A DNA stretch of 64,000 nucleotides from an uncultured Candidatus Binatia bacterium (GTDB lineage: Bacteria; Desulfobacterota; Binatia; UBA9968; JAJDTQ01), in NCBI GenBank assembly GCA_964291295.2, contig OZ219754.1:1504001-1568000 (forward strand), written 5' to 3'. The stretch's first letter is position 1; the number at the start of each line of letters is the position of its first letter. Made by a program: the position numbers and the translations under genes. The notes beneath the pieces were generated by a model. The model did no database searches and had not been told where the DNA came from. It saw only the letters and a program-made list of their open reading frames with translations. Positions 39,142-49,325 of the stretch are shown here, in pieces.

Positions 39142-39407
39142 AGATACCTGCTGACTTCAAAGGACATCCGTCGCTCGTCAGGCGGCTGGTTTCTCTGTTG
39201 CGTGCATGGCCCGGCATGTTGGGAACGATGGGCGAGGGTGTCCGTCAGCAACCCGGTTGCAGGGTTGTCGGCCGTGGAAGGGGCTTTCCGGCAAGCGGGG
39301 AGCATACGATTCGCAGTCTCTACGATGATATGAAAGAGAAATTATATACCCGTTTACCCAACCGGCCCGCCTGGGAAGACCGGTTCTGATAGCCGGTGTT
39401 CCGGCCG

Positions 39408-40208
39408 TCATTCCCGGGGCAGCGGGGAGGCGGGCGCATGGGTCGCCGCCTGTCGTACCTGCGGCCGGCTCACCCGAGCCTGGTGCGGGTCGAAGGGCCG
39501 GACTCCGGGCCAGAAGTCCCGCTGTCCGGTCATGGCCTGGACGTGGCCGTCCCACTCGAGCGTGAACGCGGTGATGCCCAGCTTGACGGCGCGCCGGATC
39601 TTCTCGCGGGTCTCCGGGTCGGTGGCGGCCCGCCGGAGCGTATCGATCTGTCGGGAGCCGTGGCCCGCGTCCTGTTCCGCATGGATGCGGTAGGTCTCCA
39701 CCTGCCGTTCCGAGAAGCCGTAGTGTCCCACCAGTTCCCGGCAAGCCCGGGCGGCGGCGCCGTCCGGGCCTCCGTGCTGGCTCTCGACGAAGGCGAGCAT
39801 GGCCACCCCCTCCAGCGCGGACCTTCGCTGGCAGCAGCCGATGATCATTTCGATGGCCGCCAGCGTACCGGGCGTGGGCTCGGCGTTGTCCGCTTCCTCG
39901 CGCGGGATTCCGGCCTCTTCCAGGAACTGGTACATGATGTCCACGTGGCTGCGGTCGCCCGACAGCTCTTCCATGAAGTTTTCCAGCACCACGTCCGCCA
40001 AGCCCTGTTCCCGGTTCGCCACCGCGTTGACCGCCATGTAGCCAAAGTAGATGGGGTTGACGCGCACCCGGAGGTAGTGCTGCACCTCTCCCAGGACGAT
40101 CTGCTCGCGGGTCCAGCGGTGTTCGACGATGCCCTTGAACCAGGGATGCTCCACCATCGGCACCTGGTTTGCATATTCCCACAATTCGTCGATGAATCGA
40201 TCGGACAT
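39408..40208 (-). CDS. PqqC/CADD/TenA-like heme-oxygenase-fold redox enzyme
   Basis: HPWF, ENFMEEL...SH, IHAEQDAGH metal-ligand pattern. Confidence 0.8.
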   Translation of the reverse strand: MSDRFIDELWEYANQVPMVEHPWFKGIVEHRWTREQIVLGEVQHYLRVRVNPIYFGYMAVNAVANREQGLADVVLENFMEELSGDRSHVDIMYQFLEEAGIPREEADNAEPTPGTLAAIEMIIGCCQRRSALEGVAMLAFVESQHGGPDGAAARACRELVGHYGFSERQVETYRIHAEQDAGHGSRQIDTLRRAATDPETREKIRRAVKLGITAFTLEWDGHVQAMTGQRDFWPGVRPFDPHQARVSRPQVRQAATHAPASPLPRE

Positions 40209-40369
40209 GGCAGCACCTCCCGGGCGGGATTGATCCAGCCCCGCTGAGGGAGCATACTCGCATCAGGAGGGGCAAGCCAACAGCGGGCCACGACTCCCCG
40301 CGAACCTCTCCACGAACCCCGCGACCTTCATCACGGCTCGGGCGGCGAGGGAGCGGGTCGAGCGGAACC

Positions 40370-40834
40370 ATGATGCCTTGGTGGATCTGGGTGAGCATCG
40401 GAATCGTCCTGATGGGTCTGGAATTGGCGGCCGTCGACGCTGCCTTCTACCTTGTCTTCGTCGGCGCCGCCGCGGTCGTGGTGGGCATCGTCGGGTTGGC
40501 GGGGGTGGAACTGCCGCTCTGGGGCCAGTTGTCAGCTTTCGCTGTCCTCGCGGTGGTGTCCATGGTGTGGTTCCGGCGGAAGCTGTACGATCGGGTTCGC
40601 GGCGGCCTGCCCGGTTTCGAATACGACATGATGGGCCGGATCGTATCGGTGGGCGAAGACGTGCCCCTCGGCGGACGGACCCGGGTCGAACTGCAAGGAA
40701 CGCAATGGACCGCGGTGAATGTCGGCATGGCGCCCATCGCCGCCGGCGCCCGCGCGCGGGTTGTCGGCAAGGAGAGCGTGAGCCTGTCCATCATGGAGTT
40801 GGTGGACGACAGCGAATCACGGGAGAGCGAATAG
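40370..40834 (+). CDS. NfeD/YbbJ family protein
   Basis: Three TM helices plus OB-fold RVELQGTQWTA; precedes the SPFH gene. Confidence 0.85.
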   Translation: MMPWWIWVSIGIVLMGLELAAVDAAFYLVFVGAAAVVVGIVGLAGVELPLWGQLSAFAVLAVVSMVWFRRKLYDRVRGGLPGFEYDMMGRIVSVGEDVPLGGRTRVELQGTQWTAVNVGMAPIAAGARARVVGKESVSLSIMELVDDSESRESE

Positions 40835-41800
40835 ATGGAGATGGATGCAAGTCTCGGTCTGTTGATCACGACGGGGGTTCTCGCCCTTGTCGTGTTGTTG
40901 TTGTTGGTCAAGACTGCGGTGGTGGTGCCCCAGCAGAACGCCTATGTCGTGGAGAATCTGGGCAAGTACTCGCGTACGCTCAAGCCGGGATTCAACATCC
41001 TGGTGCCGTTTCTGGAGCGCGTCGCGTACCGGCACAGCCTCAAGGAGCATGCGCTGGATATCGAGGAGCAGGTCTGCATCACTTCGGACAACGTGCAGGT
41101 GGGTGTGGACGGCGTGCTCTACCTCCAGGTCATGGACGCGGAGCGGGCCTCCTATGGCATCGGCAACTACGTGTTCGCCATCTCCCAGTTGGCCCAGACC
41201 ACGCTCCGCAGTGAGATCGGCAAGATCGAACTGGACAAGACCTTCGAGGAGCGGGGGCACATCAACCAGAGAGTGGTCGAGGAGCTCGACCGGGCCTCCG
41301 AACCCTGGGGCGTCAAGGTGCTCCGGTACGAGATCAAGAATATCAATCCGCCGTCGGACGTGCTCTCGGCCATGGAGAAGCAGATGCGCGCCGAGCGGGA
41401 GAAGCGCGCCACCGTGTTGTCGTCGGAGGGTGAGCGAGACGCCAAGATCAACGAGGCCGAGGGCGACAAGCAGCAGGTGATCAAGGCTTCCGAAGCGGCC
41501 CGACAACGGCAGATCAACGAGGCCGAAGGCGAGGCCGCCGCCATACTGGCGGTTGCCGACGCGACCGCCGAAGGGCTCAGGAAGGTCGCGCAGGCCCTCG
41601 ACTCCGACGGTGGGGACAAGGCCATGCAGCTCCGGGTGGCGGAGAACTATCTGGAACGGTTCGGCAGCCTCGCCAAGGCAGGCAACACCCTCATCGTCCC
41701 GGCGAACCTGAGCGACCTGACCTCCATGATCAGCGCCGCCACCACGGTTCTGGGGCACACCGCCGGGCGGGGCGGTCCGGAGCCCGGGCAGGACGCCTGA
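40835..41800 (+). CDS. SPFH/stomatin-like (QmcA/paraslipin) protein
   Basis: LAQTTLRSEIG, WGVKVLRYEIKNI, QMRAEREKRA. Confidence 0.92.
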   Translation: MEMDASLGLLITTGVLALVVLLLLVKTAVVVPQQNAYVVENLGKYSRTLKPGFNILVPFLERVAYRHSLKEHALDIEEQVCITSDNVQVGVDGVLYLQVMDAERASYGIGNYVFAISQLAQTTLRSEIGKIELDKTFEERGHINQRVVEELDRASEPWGVKVLRYEIKNINPPSDVLSAMEKQMRAEREKRATVLSSEGERDAKINEAEGDKQQVIKASEAARQRQINEAEGEAAAILAVADATAEGLRKVAQALDSDGGDKAMQLRVAENYLERFGSLAKAGNTLIVPANLSDLTSMISAATTVLGHTAGRGGPEPGQDA

Positions 41801-41806
41801 TCCCCG

Positions 41807-42100
41807 ATGGAAGACCCCGGAGCCATCGCGTTGCTGGCCGGTCTGGTGCGCGCCTTCAGGGCGGGGGACATCGAGATGCGGTTCGAGGAAGCCGACCGCG
41901 CGGTGCTGGCGAAACTGTCCCGGGAGGGACTCGTGAATCTCTCGAACGACGGCTTCACCCTGACCGAGGCCGGCGGTTCCTACGCGGCCCGATCCCCGGT
42001 CCCGCCGGTTACGGCCAAGGGAATCCTGTATCTGGAGCGTCTTCCCATCGACACCTTCGCCCACCGGCCCGGGCTGTTTCGCTTCCTCGGCTGGCTGTGA
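41807..42100 (+). CDS. Small hypothetical protein (wHTH-like)
   Basis: L.REGLV...FTLTEAG pattern; co-directional in the operon. Confidence 0.5.
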   Translation: MEDPGAIALLAGLVRAFRAGDIEMRFEEADRAVLAKLSREGLVNLSNDGFTLTEAGGSYAARSPVPPVTAKGILYLERLPIDTFAHRPGLFRFLGWL

Positions 42101-42113
42101 CGCGCCCGGCACC

Positions 42114-43520
42114 ATGGATCGGCTTGCGGAAAAGATTGCGGAGTTCGTCGCCGGCAGCGGCTTCGACAAGTTGCCGCCGGAGGTGGTGGAGGCCGCCAAG
42201 ACGGCGTTTCTGGACTGCCTCGGGGTGGCGCTGGCGGGCTCGGACGAGGCCAGCGCGCGGATCTGCGCCGCGCTGGCGCAAAAGGAATCCGGGGCCGGCG
42301 TGGCCACGGTCATCGGTCATCGGTTCGGGACAACCGCCACGCTGGCCGCGCTCTGCAACGGCACCTCGGCCCACGCCCTGGACTTCGATCACAGTTTTCT
42401 CGTGGGTCAACCCACGGCTGGCCTGATTCCGGCGGTGCTGACCATGGGCGAAATGCTCGACGCCGGCGGCCGGGATGTCCTCGCCGCTTACGTGGCGGGT
42501 TTCGAGGTGGTGGCGCGGTTGGCGCGTTCCATGCCCCGGTTGTCGACCACCGCCCATTGGCACTCGACCTCCAGCCTGGGCGCGGTGGGGGCGGCGGCCG
42601 GTTGCGCCCGACTCGCGAGGCTGGACGCCGGGGCGGCGCGCAACGCCCTCGGCATCGCCGCTTCCATGGCGTCCGGCATGGTGTGGAACTTCGCCACCAT
42701 GACCAAACCGCTGCACGCGGGCCTGGCTGCCCAAAACGGTGTGCTGGCGGCGCGGCTGGCCGGGCAGGGCTTTACCTCCAGTCCCGCTGCGCTGGCGGAG
42801 GACAAGGGGCTGTTCGACTGTTTCGCGCGCGGGCTCGACTGCGACATCACTCCATTCAAGAGCCTTGGCCGGACTTTCGACCTCACCGGCATCGGCATCA
42901 GTGTCAAGCCGTACCCCTGCGGTGGACTGACACACACGGCCGTGGACGCCGTTCTGGAGTTGCGCCGCGAGGGTCTGCGCCCGGACCAGCTGGATTCCAT
43001 GCGAGTGGAAGTGACGCCCCACGTCTTCGACCGGATCATGAATGCGCTGCCGGCCAATGGCATCGAGGCCAGATTCAGCATGCCCTATATCCTGGCCAGG
43101 GCGCTGGCGGACGGAGCGCTGGTGCTGGACACCTTCACGGACGAGGCGGCCGCCGAGCCCGGCATCCGGCAACTCGGCGGGAAGATCGTGATGGAACCGG
43201 GGGACGGGCTCGTTGAAACCCCGGGCGGTCGCCGTCCGGCCCTCGTGACGGTGGAACTCGGGGATGGCAGACGACTGCACCGTCAGGTGGATCATGCGCG
43301 GGGCACGCCCTGGAAGCCGATGACGCCGGTGGAGTTGCGGGAGAAGTTCGATTCCTGCGCCGCCCGGGTGCTGGACCCGGCTCGGAGCCGGCAGGTTGCC
43401 GACCTCGTCAACGGCCTGGAGGGCCTGGACGCCATCCGGGACCTGTGCAGGCTTTTGGGGAAACCCCGGCCGGCCGCCCCGGGTCTGCTTGAAACGTCGA
43501 ACCGTCATCCGGGCCGGTGA
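42114..43520 (+). CDS. MmgE/PrpD family protein
   Basis: NGTSAHALDFD, KPLHAG, KPYPCG, FSMPY. Confidence 0.9.
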   Translation: MDRLAEKIAEFVAGSGFDKLPPEVVEAAKTAFLDCLGVALAGSDEASARICAALAQKESGAGVATVIGHRFGTTATLAALCNGTSAHALDFDHSFLVGQPTAGLIPAVLTMGEMLDAGGRDVLAAYVAGFEVVARLARSMPRLSTTAHWHSTSSLGAVGAAAGCARLARLDAGAARNALGIAASMASGMVWNFATMTKPLHAGLAAQNGVLAARLAGQGFTSSPAALAEDKGLFDCFARGLDCDITPFKSLGRTFDLTGIGISVKPYPCGGLTHTAVDAVLELRREGLRPDQLDSMRVEVTPHVFDRIMNALPANGIEARFSMPYILARALADGALVLDTFTDEAAAEPGIRQLGGKIVMEPGDGLVETPGGRRPALVTVELGDGRRLHRQVDHARGTPWKPMTPVELREKFDSCAARVLDPARSRQVADLVNGLEGLDAIRDLCRLLGKPRPAAPGLLETSNRHPGR

Positions 43521-43568
43521 AGCCGCAGCCACGCCTTTCACGGCGTGGCTGCGGGTCGGTCCACGCCC

Positions 43569-44576
43569 TCACAGGTCGTCGCCGGCGCCGTTCTCCCCGG
43601 ATTCCGGACCCCAGCCCTCGCCGAACGCCTCGGTCTCCCTGAAGCCTTCCGCGCGCCATTCGTCGATGAGTTGTCGGACCGGTATCTTGCGCCGCATGAG
43701 ACCCTTCATGAGGTTCTTGTACATGGGTGCGACGTCGGTCCGGGCATTGATCGGACAGACGGTGAGGCAGACCTTGCAGCCCTCGTACTGCTCGAAGAAG
43801 GGACGGCATGTGGGGGTGTCCACGTGCCAGCGCACGGTGCCGAACACCTCCTGCTTCCGGGGTGTGATGGATTCACCGGGACAGAAGTTCGTGCACGCGT
43901 TGCATCGCAGGCAGAAGTCGTCAAAGCCGAAGTTCGCGGGTTGCGCCTCCGGAATCAGCGGCATTTCCGTGGTGACCGCGCCGAGCCGCACGCTTGGGCC
44001 GTACTTGCGGGTGATCAGCGAGCCGTGGCGCCCCAGTTCGCCCAAGCCCGCCTTCCAGGCCACCGGAATGAAGAGCAGGTCGCCCTCGTTGGCATATCCC
44101 CGGGCGTGGTAGCCGTAGGCGCGGATGTACTGGGCCAGACGTACGGAGACATCCGACAGCAGGTAATAGACCTTGTGAACTTCGGCCTGGGCCAGCGGCC
44201 CCAGCCGCTTCATCTCCGCGAAGTTCATGCGAATTGCGAAGGAGATGGCCACCTTGTGTCCTTCCGGAGGCTTGGTGCCGCGTACATAGTCGAACTCGTC
44301 GACGGGTGCGACTCCGACAAGGTCGGCGCCCATCTCCAGTGCGATCTTCTTCACCGTGCGGGTGACCCCGGCCCAGTCCCCGGTCTCCAGGCGGTGGGGA
44401 TTCACCGGGCCGTCCTGCAGGTTGCGCCGGTCGTGATCCTCCCGCATGAACATGTACCGGCGCGTCAGCGGGTGACGGCGGGCCTTGGTCGCCTGTCCCA
44501 CCTTCTTGTCGGGGAAGGGCCACTGTTTGCGCGGTTGTTCCCGGCGCTCCGTGAATATGATTCCGCTGGGCTCCAT
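43569..44576 (-). CDS. Reductive dehalogenase/QueG-family cobalamin and 2x[4Fe-4S] protein
   Basis: AGLGELGRHGSLIT..YGP.VRL..VTT; CLRCNACTNFCP and CKVCLTVCP; start MEPSG at 44576 after an AAGGAG RBS. Confidence 0.8.
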   Translation of the reverse strand: MEPSGIIFTERREQPRKQWPFPDKKVGQATKARRHPLTRRYMFMREDHDRRNLQDGPVNPHRLETGDWAGVTRTVKKIALEMGADLVGVAPVDEFDYVRGTKPPEGHKVAISFAIRMNFAEMKRLGPLAQAEVHKVYYLLSDVSVRLAQYIRAYGYHARGYANEGDLLFIPVAWKAGLGELGRHGSLITRKYGPSVRLGAVTTEMPLIPEAQPANFGFDDFCLRCNACTNFCPGESITPRKQEVFGTVRWHVDTPTCRPFFEQYEGCKVCLTVCPINARTDVAPMYKNLMKGLMRRKIPVRQLIDEWRAEGFRETEAFGEGWGPESGENGAGDDL

Positions 44577-44973
44577 GAGTGGCTCCTTTCCGCAAGGGGG
44601 CTTCCGCGAAGCTGCCCCGGGTGTCCGCCCCGGCGCAAGGTTCGCATCCGGCCCGTGGTTCGCGTCTGCACGGATACTATCAGAGGCACCCCGGGGATGC
44701 CACGGTGGAAGCTCGTCAAGGTCTTCAGAGGGTTGACAGACGCCATGCCCATGGAGCAGCCGGCTCATGGAGCAAACGGAGGGAGCAAACGGAGCTCCTG
44801 CGGCGCTTGGAAGCCGCCGGTAACCGACGGCGAGTTTCGCAAGCTGAACTTCCAGGACAGCTTCGGCGCCTGCGTGGAAGGGTTCCGTTCGGTGACGCCC
44901 CGCTTGGCGATCCTGGAGAATCAGTCCAGGCGCGGAAAGGCGTTGCCGTGCCGGGACGTGCACCGAGGGATAC

Positions 44974-45033
44974 CTGTCTGACACCGGCTTCCGGCGGCGT
45001 TCGCTGTCTGACACCGGCTTCCGGCGGCGTTCG
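44974..45033. repeat. Perfect 30-bp tandem duplication
   Basis: ctgtctgacaccggcttccggcggcgttcg x2. Confidence 0.9.
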
Positions 45034-45225
45034 GCGACGCCGTCTCCGGTATCCACCTCTGCCGGGGCAACCAGTGCAGCGTGTGGCACCGGGAGGGCGT
45101 CGGCGGCGCGGCTGTTCGGCGGGCTGAAACATCGCCGGTTGCGGCTGCGGTACGACCCCGACCGCGCCGGCGGGTTCGAACCGTTGTGGTTCGTTCCCGG
45201 GGGCACAATGGTGTTGCTCGTGAGT

Positions 45226-45281
45226 ACGAAGGTACGAGGGTGAATGGCCGGGCACGAAGGTACGAGGGTGAATGGCCGGGC
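45226..45281. repeat. Perfect 28-bp tandem duplication
   Basis: acgaaggtacgagggtgaatggccgggc x2. Confidence 0.9.
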
Positions 45282-45480
45282 GGGCGAAAATGGTTTCGGG
45301 GATGTGGATTCGGGGATTCTTGCACGGTCAGCCTCTCTGTGGTACAGACTGCCCGAGGTGAAATGGGACGAAGGCTTGACGCTTGCTGAATGCCTGCTGA
45401 TGTTGCCGGAGGGAAGTTCCGTGGTATCGTACCAAGCATTGTACGGAGGCCGCTTTTGAAGGCGGGAGGGGAGATCGGTA

Positions 45481-47289
45481 ATGAAAAGGACGAGGATACT
45501 GATGTACAGGATGATGTACAGGAATCTGGCGACGATCTTCTGCGCGGTGGTGCTGGTCATGGGGCTTGCGGCATGCGGCGGAAGCAGCAACACGGCGACG
45601 ACCCCGGATCCGCCGACGGAAGTCGAGACGGCCCTGACGGAGGCTCAGACGGCGGCGATGACGGCGTCCGGCAAGGCCAAGACGGCGTCCGACAACGCGG
45701 GGACGGCGGCGGATGAGGCGGAAGCGGCGCTTGCGGACCTCATGTCCGTCCATGTTGCCAAGGGGGAGAAGACGGCGAGGGCCTATGCGGAGGAGGCCCG
45801 GACGGCGGCGAACATGGCGAAGGCGGAGTACGACAAGGCCAAGATGGAATCGGACAAGGCTGCGGCGACGAACGACGTGAATGTGGCGGCCAAGGCCAAA
45901 TTGCTGGCCGAGGCGGCGCAGGCGAAGGCCGAGGCTCAGGCGGCGACGGCGGCGGAGAAGGCGAAGATGGCGAAGGATGCTGCGACCAAGGAGGTCCGGC
46001 ATGTGGAGGGGATGACCTACGGGTACGGCGACACGACCATCACGGCGGGTGCGCCCACGGTCGAAACCACCACCGGGGGCAAGACCGTCACGACCGGCAA
46101 GAGAGGCAACTTGGGCTACAATTCACGGAGCAGCTTCCGAAAGGAACCCGTCCCCTACAAGGCGGCGACCGACAGCACGCCGGAGGTCGCTGGCCAGACG
46201 GGGTTCCGTGCACGGACCATCCCGGTCGGTTCCTACAACGACTCGGAGAAGTCCCGTTTCTGGTTGATCGACAAATATATCACCAAAAGCAAGGCGGTGA
46301 AGTCTTACCGCAGGGCGAAGGACGACAGCAATCAGCCGATCACGGTGACCGCCACGATCACGGCAGAAAACCCGTTCGGCGGGGTCACGGTTGACAGCCA
46401 GACCTACAAGGTGATGCGGGCGGAGGGCGAGTTCTATGTTGTCGACACCCAGGAGGGTACGAAATTCGACAAGACGAATTCCTGGGACTGGATCAATGCG
46501 GACGCCCCGGACGCGAATGCGGGCGTGGGGGTCTACTACTACACGGATAGCGACGGGAAAAAGACCTGGCTTCTGCGCACCGGAAACGAGGGAGTCACGG
46601 GATTCACTTATCGGCAGATTTTCGTCTACGATGTGCCGGATTTCCCGGAGGCGAAGCCCTACGAGCACATGAACTACGGCGCGTGGCACACGGAGAAGGG
46701 AACCAGCAAGAGGGCCGACCTTGGCATCGCATTCGTCCGGGCGCTGCCCGGCAAGGGCCCGACTCCGGTCGGGGCCATGCCGGACTCCGGCAGCGCCACC
46801 TACAGGGGTAATGCATTCTTTCAGAAGCGCATCCAGGACGCTCAAGGCAAAGGAGCTATCGCTGGTAGTGGCGCCGACTCCGTAACCGCAACCTCAACCA
46901 CAGAGGTGGATTTCGGGGAAAGCACCATCAAGACCGATATTCTTTTTAGTCACCTCGGATATCCAGGAGACGGCGGACTTGACGGGATTGTCGCCACATT
47001 CCACGGGACCATCGACGGGAACGGGTTCTCGGGCAGCAAAGTGACCAATGTCAACGCGGAAGGCGACGGCTACGATACGCCGGGTTTTCCATCTGGCTCT
47101 ACTGCCACCCACCGTAACAGCGTGAATTTGGCCACGAGCGTGGACGGCAGCAAGTACGAGGTGAGGGAGTACCGCGGCCAATTCTTCGGACCGAACGCCG
47201 AAGAGGTAGGCGGCGTGTTCGACATCACGTCCAAGGACAAGAAGAGCGGCGAGTTGCGCGGCTCTTTCGGGGGTCGCAAGACAGAGTAA
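45481..47289 (+). CDS. Surface lipoprotein with Ala-rich stalk and TbpB-like C-terminal beta-barrel, copy 1
   Basis: Lipobox LAAC; SGSATYRG, GQFFGPNAEEVGGVF, GSFGG. Confidence 0.85.
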   Translation: MKRTRILMYRMMYRNLATIFCAVVLVMGLAACGGSSNTATTPDPPTEVETALTEAQTAAMTASGKAKTASDNAGTAADEAEAALADLMSVHVAKGEKTARAYAEEARTAANMAKAEYDKAKMESDKAAATNDVNVAAKAKLLAEAAQAKAEAQAATAAEKAKMAKDAATKEVRHVEGMTYGYGDTTITAGAPTVETTTGGKTVTTGKRGNLGYNSRSSFRKEPVPYKAATDSTPEVAGQTGFRARTIPVGSYNDSEKSRFWLIDKYITKSKAVKSYRRAKDDSNQPITVTATITAENPFGGVTVDSQTYKVMRAEGEFYVVDTQEGTKFDKTNSWDWINADAPDANAGVGVYYYTDSDGKKTWLLRTGNEGVTGFTYRQIFVYDVPDFPEAKPYEHMNYGAWHTEKGTSKRADLGIAFVRALPGKGPTPVGAMPDSGSATYRGNAFFQKRIQDAQGKGAIAGSGADSVTATSTTEVDFGESTIKTDILFSHLGYPGDGGLDGIVATFHGTIDGNGFSGSKVTNVNAEGDGYDTPGFPSGSTATHRNSVNLATSVDGSKYEVREYRGQFFGPNAEEVGGVFDITSKDKKSGELRGSFGGRKTE

Positions 47290-47407
47290 CAGGCCGCCGT
47301 CACCGGCGGCGGTTCACGGAGCGGGGCGCCCGATCCATCTCCGGGTCGAGGGAAGTTCCATGGCATCGTACCGAGGCCGCTTTTGAAGGCGGGAGGGGAG
47401 ATCGGTA

Positions 47408-49207
47408 ATGAAAAGGACGAGGATACTGATGTACAGGATGATGTACGGGAATCTGGCGACGATTTTCTGCGCGGTGGTGCTGGTCATGGGGCTTGCGGCA
47501 TGCGGCGGAAGCAGCAACACGGCGACCACCCCGGATCCGCTGACGGAAGTCGAGACGGCCTTGAAGGATGCCCAGACGGCGGCGATGACGGCGTCCGGCA
47601 AGGCCAAGACGGCGTCCGACAACGCGGGGACGGCGGCGGATGAGGCGGAAGCGGCGCTTGCGGACCTCATGTCCGTCCATGTTGCCAAGGGGGAGAAGAC
47701 GGCGAGGGCCTATGCGGAGGAGGCCCGGACGGCGGCGAACATGGCGAAGGCGGAGTACGACAAGGCCAAGATGGAATCGGACAAGGCTGCGGCGACGAAC
47801 GACGTGAATGTGGCGGCCAAGGCCAAATTGCTGGCCGAGGCGGCGCAGGCGAAGGCCGAGGCTCAGGCGGCGACGGCGGCGGAGAAGGCGAAGATGGCGA
47901 AGGATGCTGCGACCAAGGAGGTCCGGCATGTGGAGGGGATGACCTACGGGTACGGCGACACGACCATCACGGCGGGTGCGCCCACGGTCGAAACCACCAC
48001 CGGGGGCAAGACCGTCACGACCGGCAAGAGAGGCGGCCTGACCGAAAAGTCACGGACCACCCAACGAAAGGAACCGGTCCCTTACAAGGCGGCGACCGAC
48101 AGCACGCCGGAGGTGGCTGGCCAGACGGGGTTCCACCCACGGACCCTCGAGTTCGGTTCCTACAGCGACTCGGAGAAGTCCCGTCTCTGGTTGGTGACCA
48201 AGTATATCACCAAAAGCAAGGCGGTGAAGTCTTACCGCAGGGCGAAGGACGCCAGCGATCAGCCGATCACGGTGACCGCCACGATCACGGCAGAAAACCC
48301 GTTCGGCGGGGTCACGGTTGACAGCCAGACCTACAAGGTGATGCGGGCGGAGGGCGAGTTCTATGTTGTCGGCACCCAGGAGGATACGAAATTCGACAAG
48401 ACGAATTCCTGGGACTGGATCAATGAGGACACCCCGGACGCGAATGCGGGCGTGGGGGTCTACTACTACACGGATAGCAACGGGAAAAAGACCTGGCTTC
48501 TGCGCACCGGAAACGAGGGAGTCACGGGATTCACTTATCGGCAGATTTTCGTCTACGATGTGCCGGATTTCCCGGAGGCGAAGCCCTACGAGCACATGAA
48601 CTACGGCATGTGGCACACGGAGAAGGTACAGGCCAAGAGGGCCGACCTTGGCATCTCATTCGTCCGGGCACTGCCCGGCCAGGGCCCTACCCCGACTGCC
48701 AACATGCCAAGCTCCGGCAGCGCCTCCTACAGGGGTCATGCAGTTTGGCAGAAGCGCGTACAGCACGCTGAGGGCAAAGGAGGTATAAAAGGTTGGGACG
48801 GACTCTCAACCACAACGGTGGATTTCGGGAAAAGCACCATCAAGACCGATATTTTTCAGAATATCCTCCAATATAGAGGACAGGGCCACATTGACGGGAT
48901 TGTCGCCACATTCCACGGGACCATCGACGGGAACGGGTTCTCGGGCAGCAAAGTGACCAATGTCAACGCCGAAGGCGCCGGCTATATTACAACACCGCCG
49001 GGTCTTCCATCTGCCAATGCTACCCAACATCGTAATGCTATCGACTTGGCCACGAGCGCGGATGGCAGCAAGTACGAGGTGAGGGAGTACAGCGGCCAAT
49101 TCTTCGGACCGAACGCGGAAGAGGTGGGCGGCGTGTTCGACATCACGTCCAAGGACAAGAAGAGCGGCGAGTTGCGCGGCTCTTTCGGGGGTCGCAAGGC
49201 AGAGTAA
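47408..49207 (+). CDS. TbpB-like surface lipoprotein, copy 2
   Basis: Same motifs; N-terminal region near-identical to copy 1. Confidence 0.85.
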   Translation: MKRTRILMYRMMYGNLATIFCAVVLVMGLAACGGSSNTATTPDPLTEVETALKDAQTAAMTASGKAKTASDNAGTAADEAEAALADLMSVHVAKGEKTARAYAEEARTAANMAKAEYDKAKMESDKAAATNDVNVAAKAKLLAEAAQAKAEAQAATAAEKAKMAKDAATKEVRHVEGMTYGYGDTTITAGAPTVETTTGGKTVTTGKRGGLTEKSRTTQRKEPVPYKAATDSTPEVAGQTGFHPRTLEFGSYSDSEKSRLWLVTKYITKSKAVKSYRRAKDASDQPITVTATITAENPFGGVTVDSQTYKVMRAEGEFYVVGTQEDTKFDKTNSWDWINEDTPDANAGVGVYYYTDSNGKKTWLLRTGNEGVTGFTYRQIFVYDVPDFPEAKPYEHMNYGMWHTEKVQAKRADLGISFVRALPGQGPTPTANMPSSGSASYRGHAVWQKRVQHAEGKGGIKGWDGLSTTTVDFGKSTIKTDIFQNILQYRGQGHIDGIVATFHGTIDGNGFSGSKVTNVNAEGAGYITTPPGLPSANATQHRNAIDLATSADGSKYEVREYSGQFFGPNAEEVGGVFDITSKDKKSGELRGSFGGRKAE

Positions 49208-49325
49208 CAGGCCGCCGTCACCGGCGGCGGTTCACGGAGCGGGGCGCCCGATCCATCTCCGGGTCGAGGGAAGTTCCATGGCATCGTGCCAAGGCCGCTT
49301 TTGAAGGGGACAGGGTAGATCGGTA

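Noticed and set aside
44577-45593. 674-aa ORF extension of the Fe-S protein
   Set aside because: Upstream part is low-complexity, spans tandem duplications and runs antisense into the lipoprotein gene; a good RBS precedes Met 44576
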